A stretch of DNA of 64,000 nt from contig OX597841.1 in NCBI GenBank assembly GCA_951406725.2, positions 18,538,001 through 18,602,000 of the forward strand, given 5' to 3'. Below, one piece after another: positions 63,633 through 64,000 of this stretch. A program made the position numbers and the translations under genes. A model generated the notes under the pieces. It searched no databases and was not told the DNA's origin. It saw only the letters and a list, made by a program, of their open reading frames with translations. This DNA comes from Octopus vulgaris (lineage: Eukaryota). Positions within the stretch are counted from its first letter, which is position 1; the number at the start of each line of letters is the position of its first letter.

Positions 63633-64000
63633 TACATAATGTAGATATATATATAAACTCACACAGACACACACGCACACACTTTCGTGTAGTATAAACA
63701 CGTTAAATGTGCTTATGTTTTAGCAAGCCGTACAGAATGAGTTTGAGTGTACCTAAGAGTGTGTGTGTGTGTGTGTGTTTGTGCGTGTGCGTGCGTGTGT
63801 GTGTTGCAGCCAGCCAGCCAGCCAGCCAGCTGACCAGCCGGGGTGATACAGTTGCTTACGTCAGAAGCTGACACAGTGCTTGGGCACGTGACCATCGGCA
63901 GGGGAATGAGGGAAGAAAAGAATAAGAGAATTGCAGAGGGAGGGAAGAAGAGTAAAGGTGCCGGGGGGGGGGGGACGACGACGACGACTGGCTCCCTCTC

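Overview
Eukaryotic, AT-rich and very microsatellite-dense DNA. The SINE families and repeat style look like a coleoid cephalopod (Octopus-like); this is an inference, not a database match. Two host coding segments lie on the + strand. The first is an uninterrupted ~8.9-kb coding exon (ATG 18782 to a GTAAGT donor at 27645) encoding ~2950 aa of acidic, Asn/Ser/Cys-rich protein with eight diverged 200-290 aa repeats. The second is the first coding exon (50626-50818) of a CACNG/stargazin (TARP)-type tetraspan protein. The donor of the giant exon and a candidate acceptor in front of the CACNG exon are frame-compatible. The rest is mostly mobile DNA: a nearly intact HERO-like RLE non-LTR retrotransposon (1-~3240, one frameshift); relics of CR1-type and RTE LINEs, a Helitron Rep, Tc1 and mariner; hAT and piggyBac MITEs with target-site duplications; non-autonomous Helitrons; and many tRNA-derived SINEs. 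There is also a 70-bp satellite beside a 100-N gap. Four hammerhead-ribozyme motifs of the Penelope type are present, along with a notable series of fold-back inverted repeats. Most short ORFs in the supplied track are microsatellite artefacts. Repeat boundaries were read by eye and are approximate.
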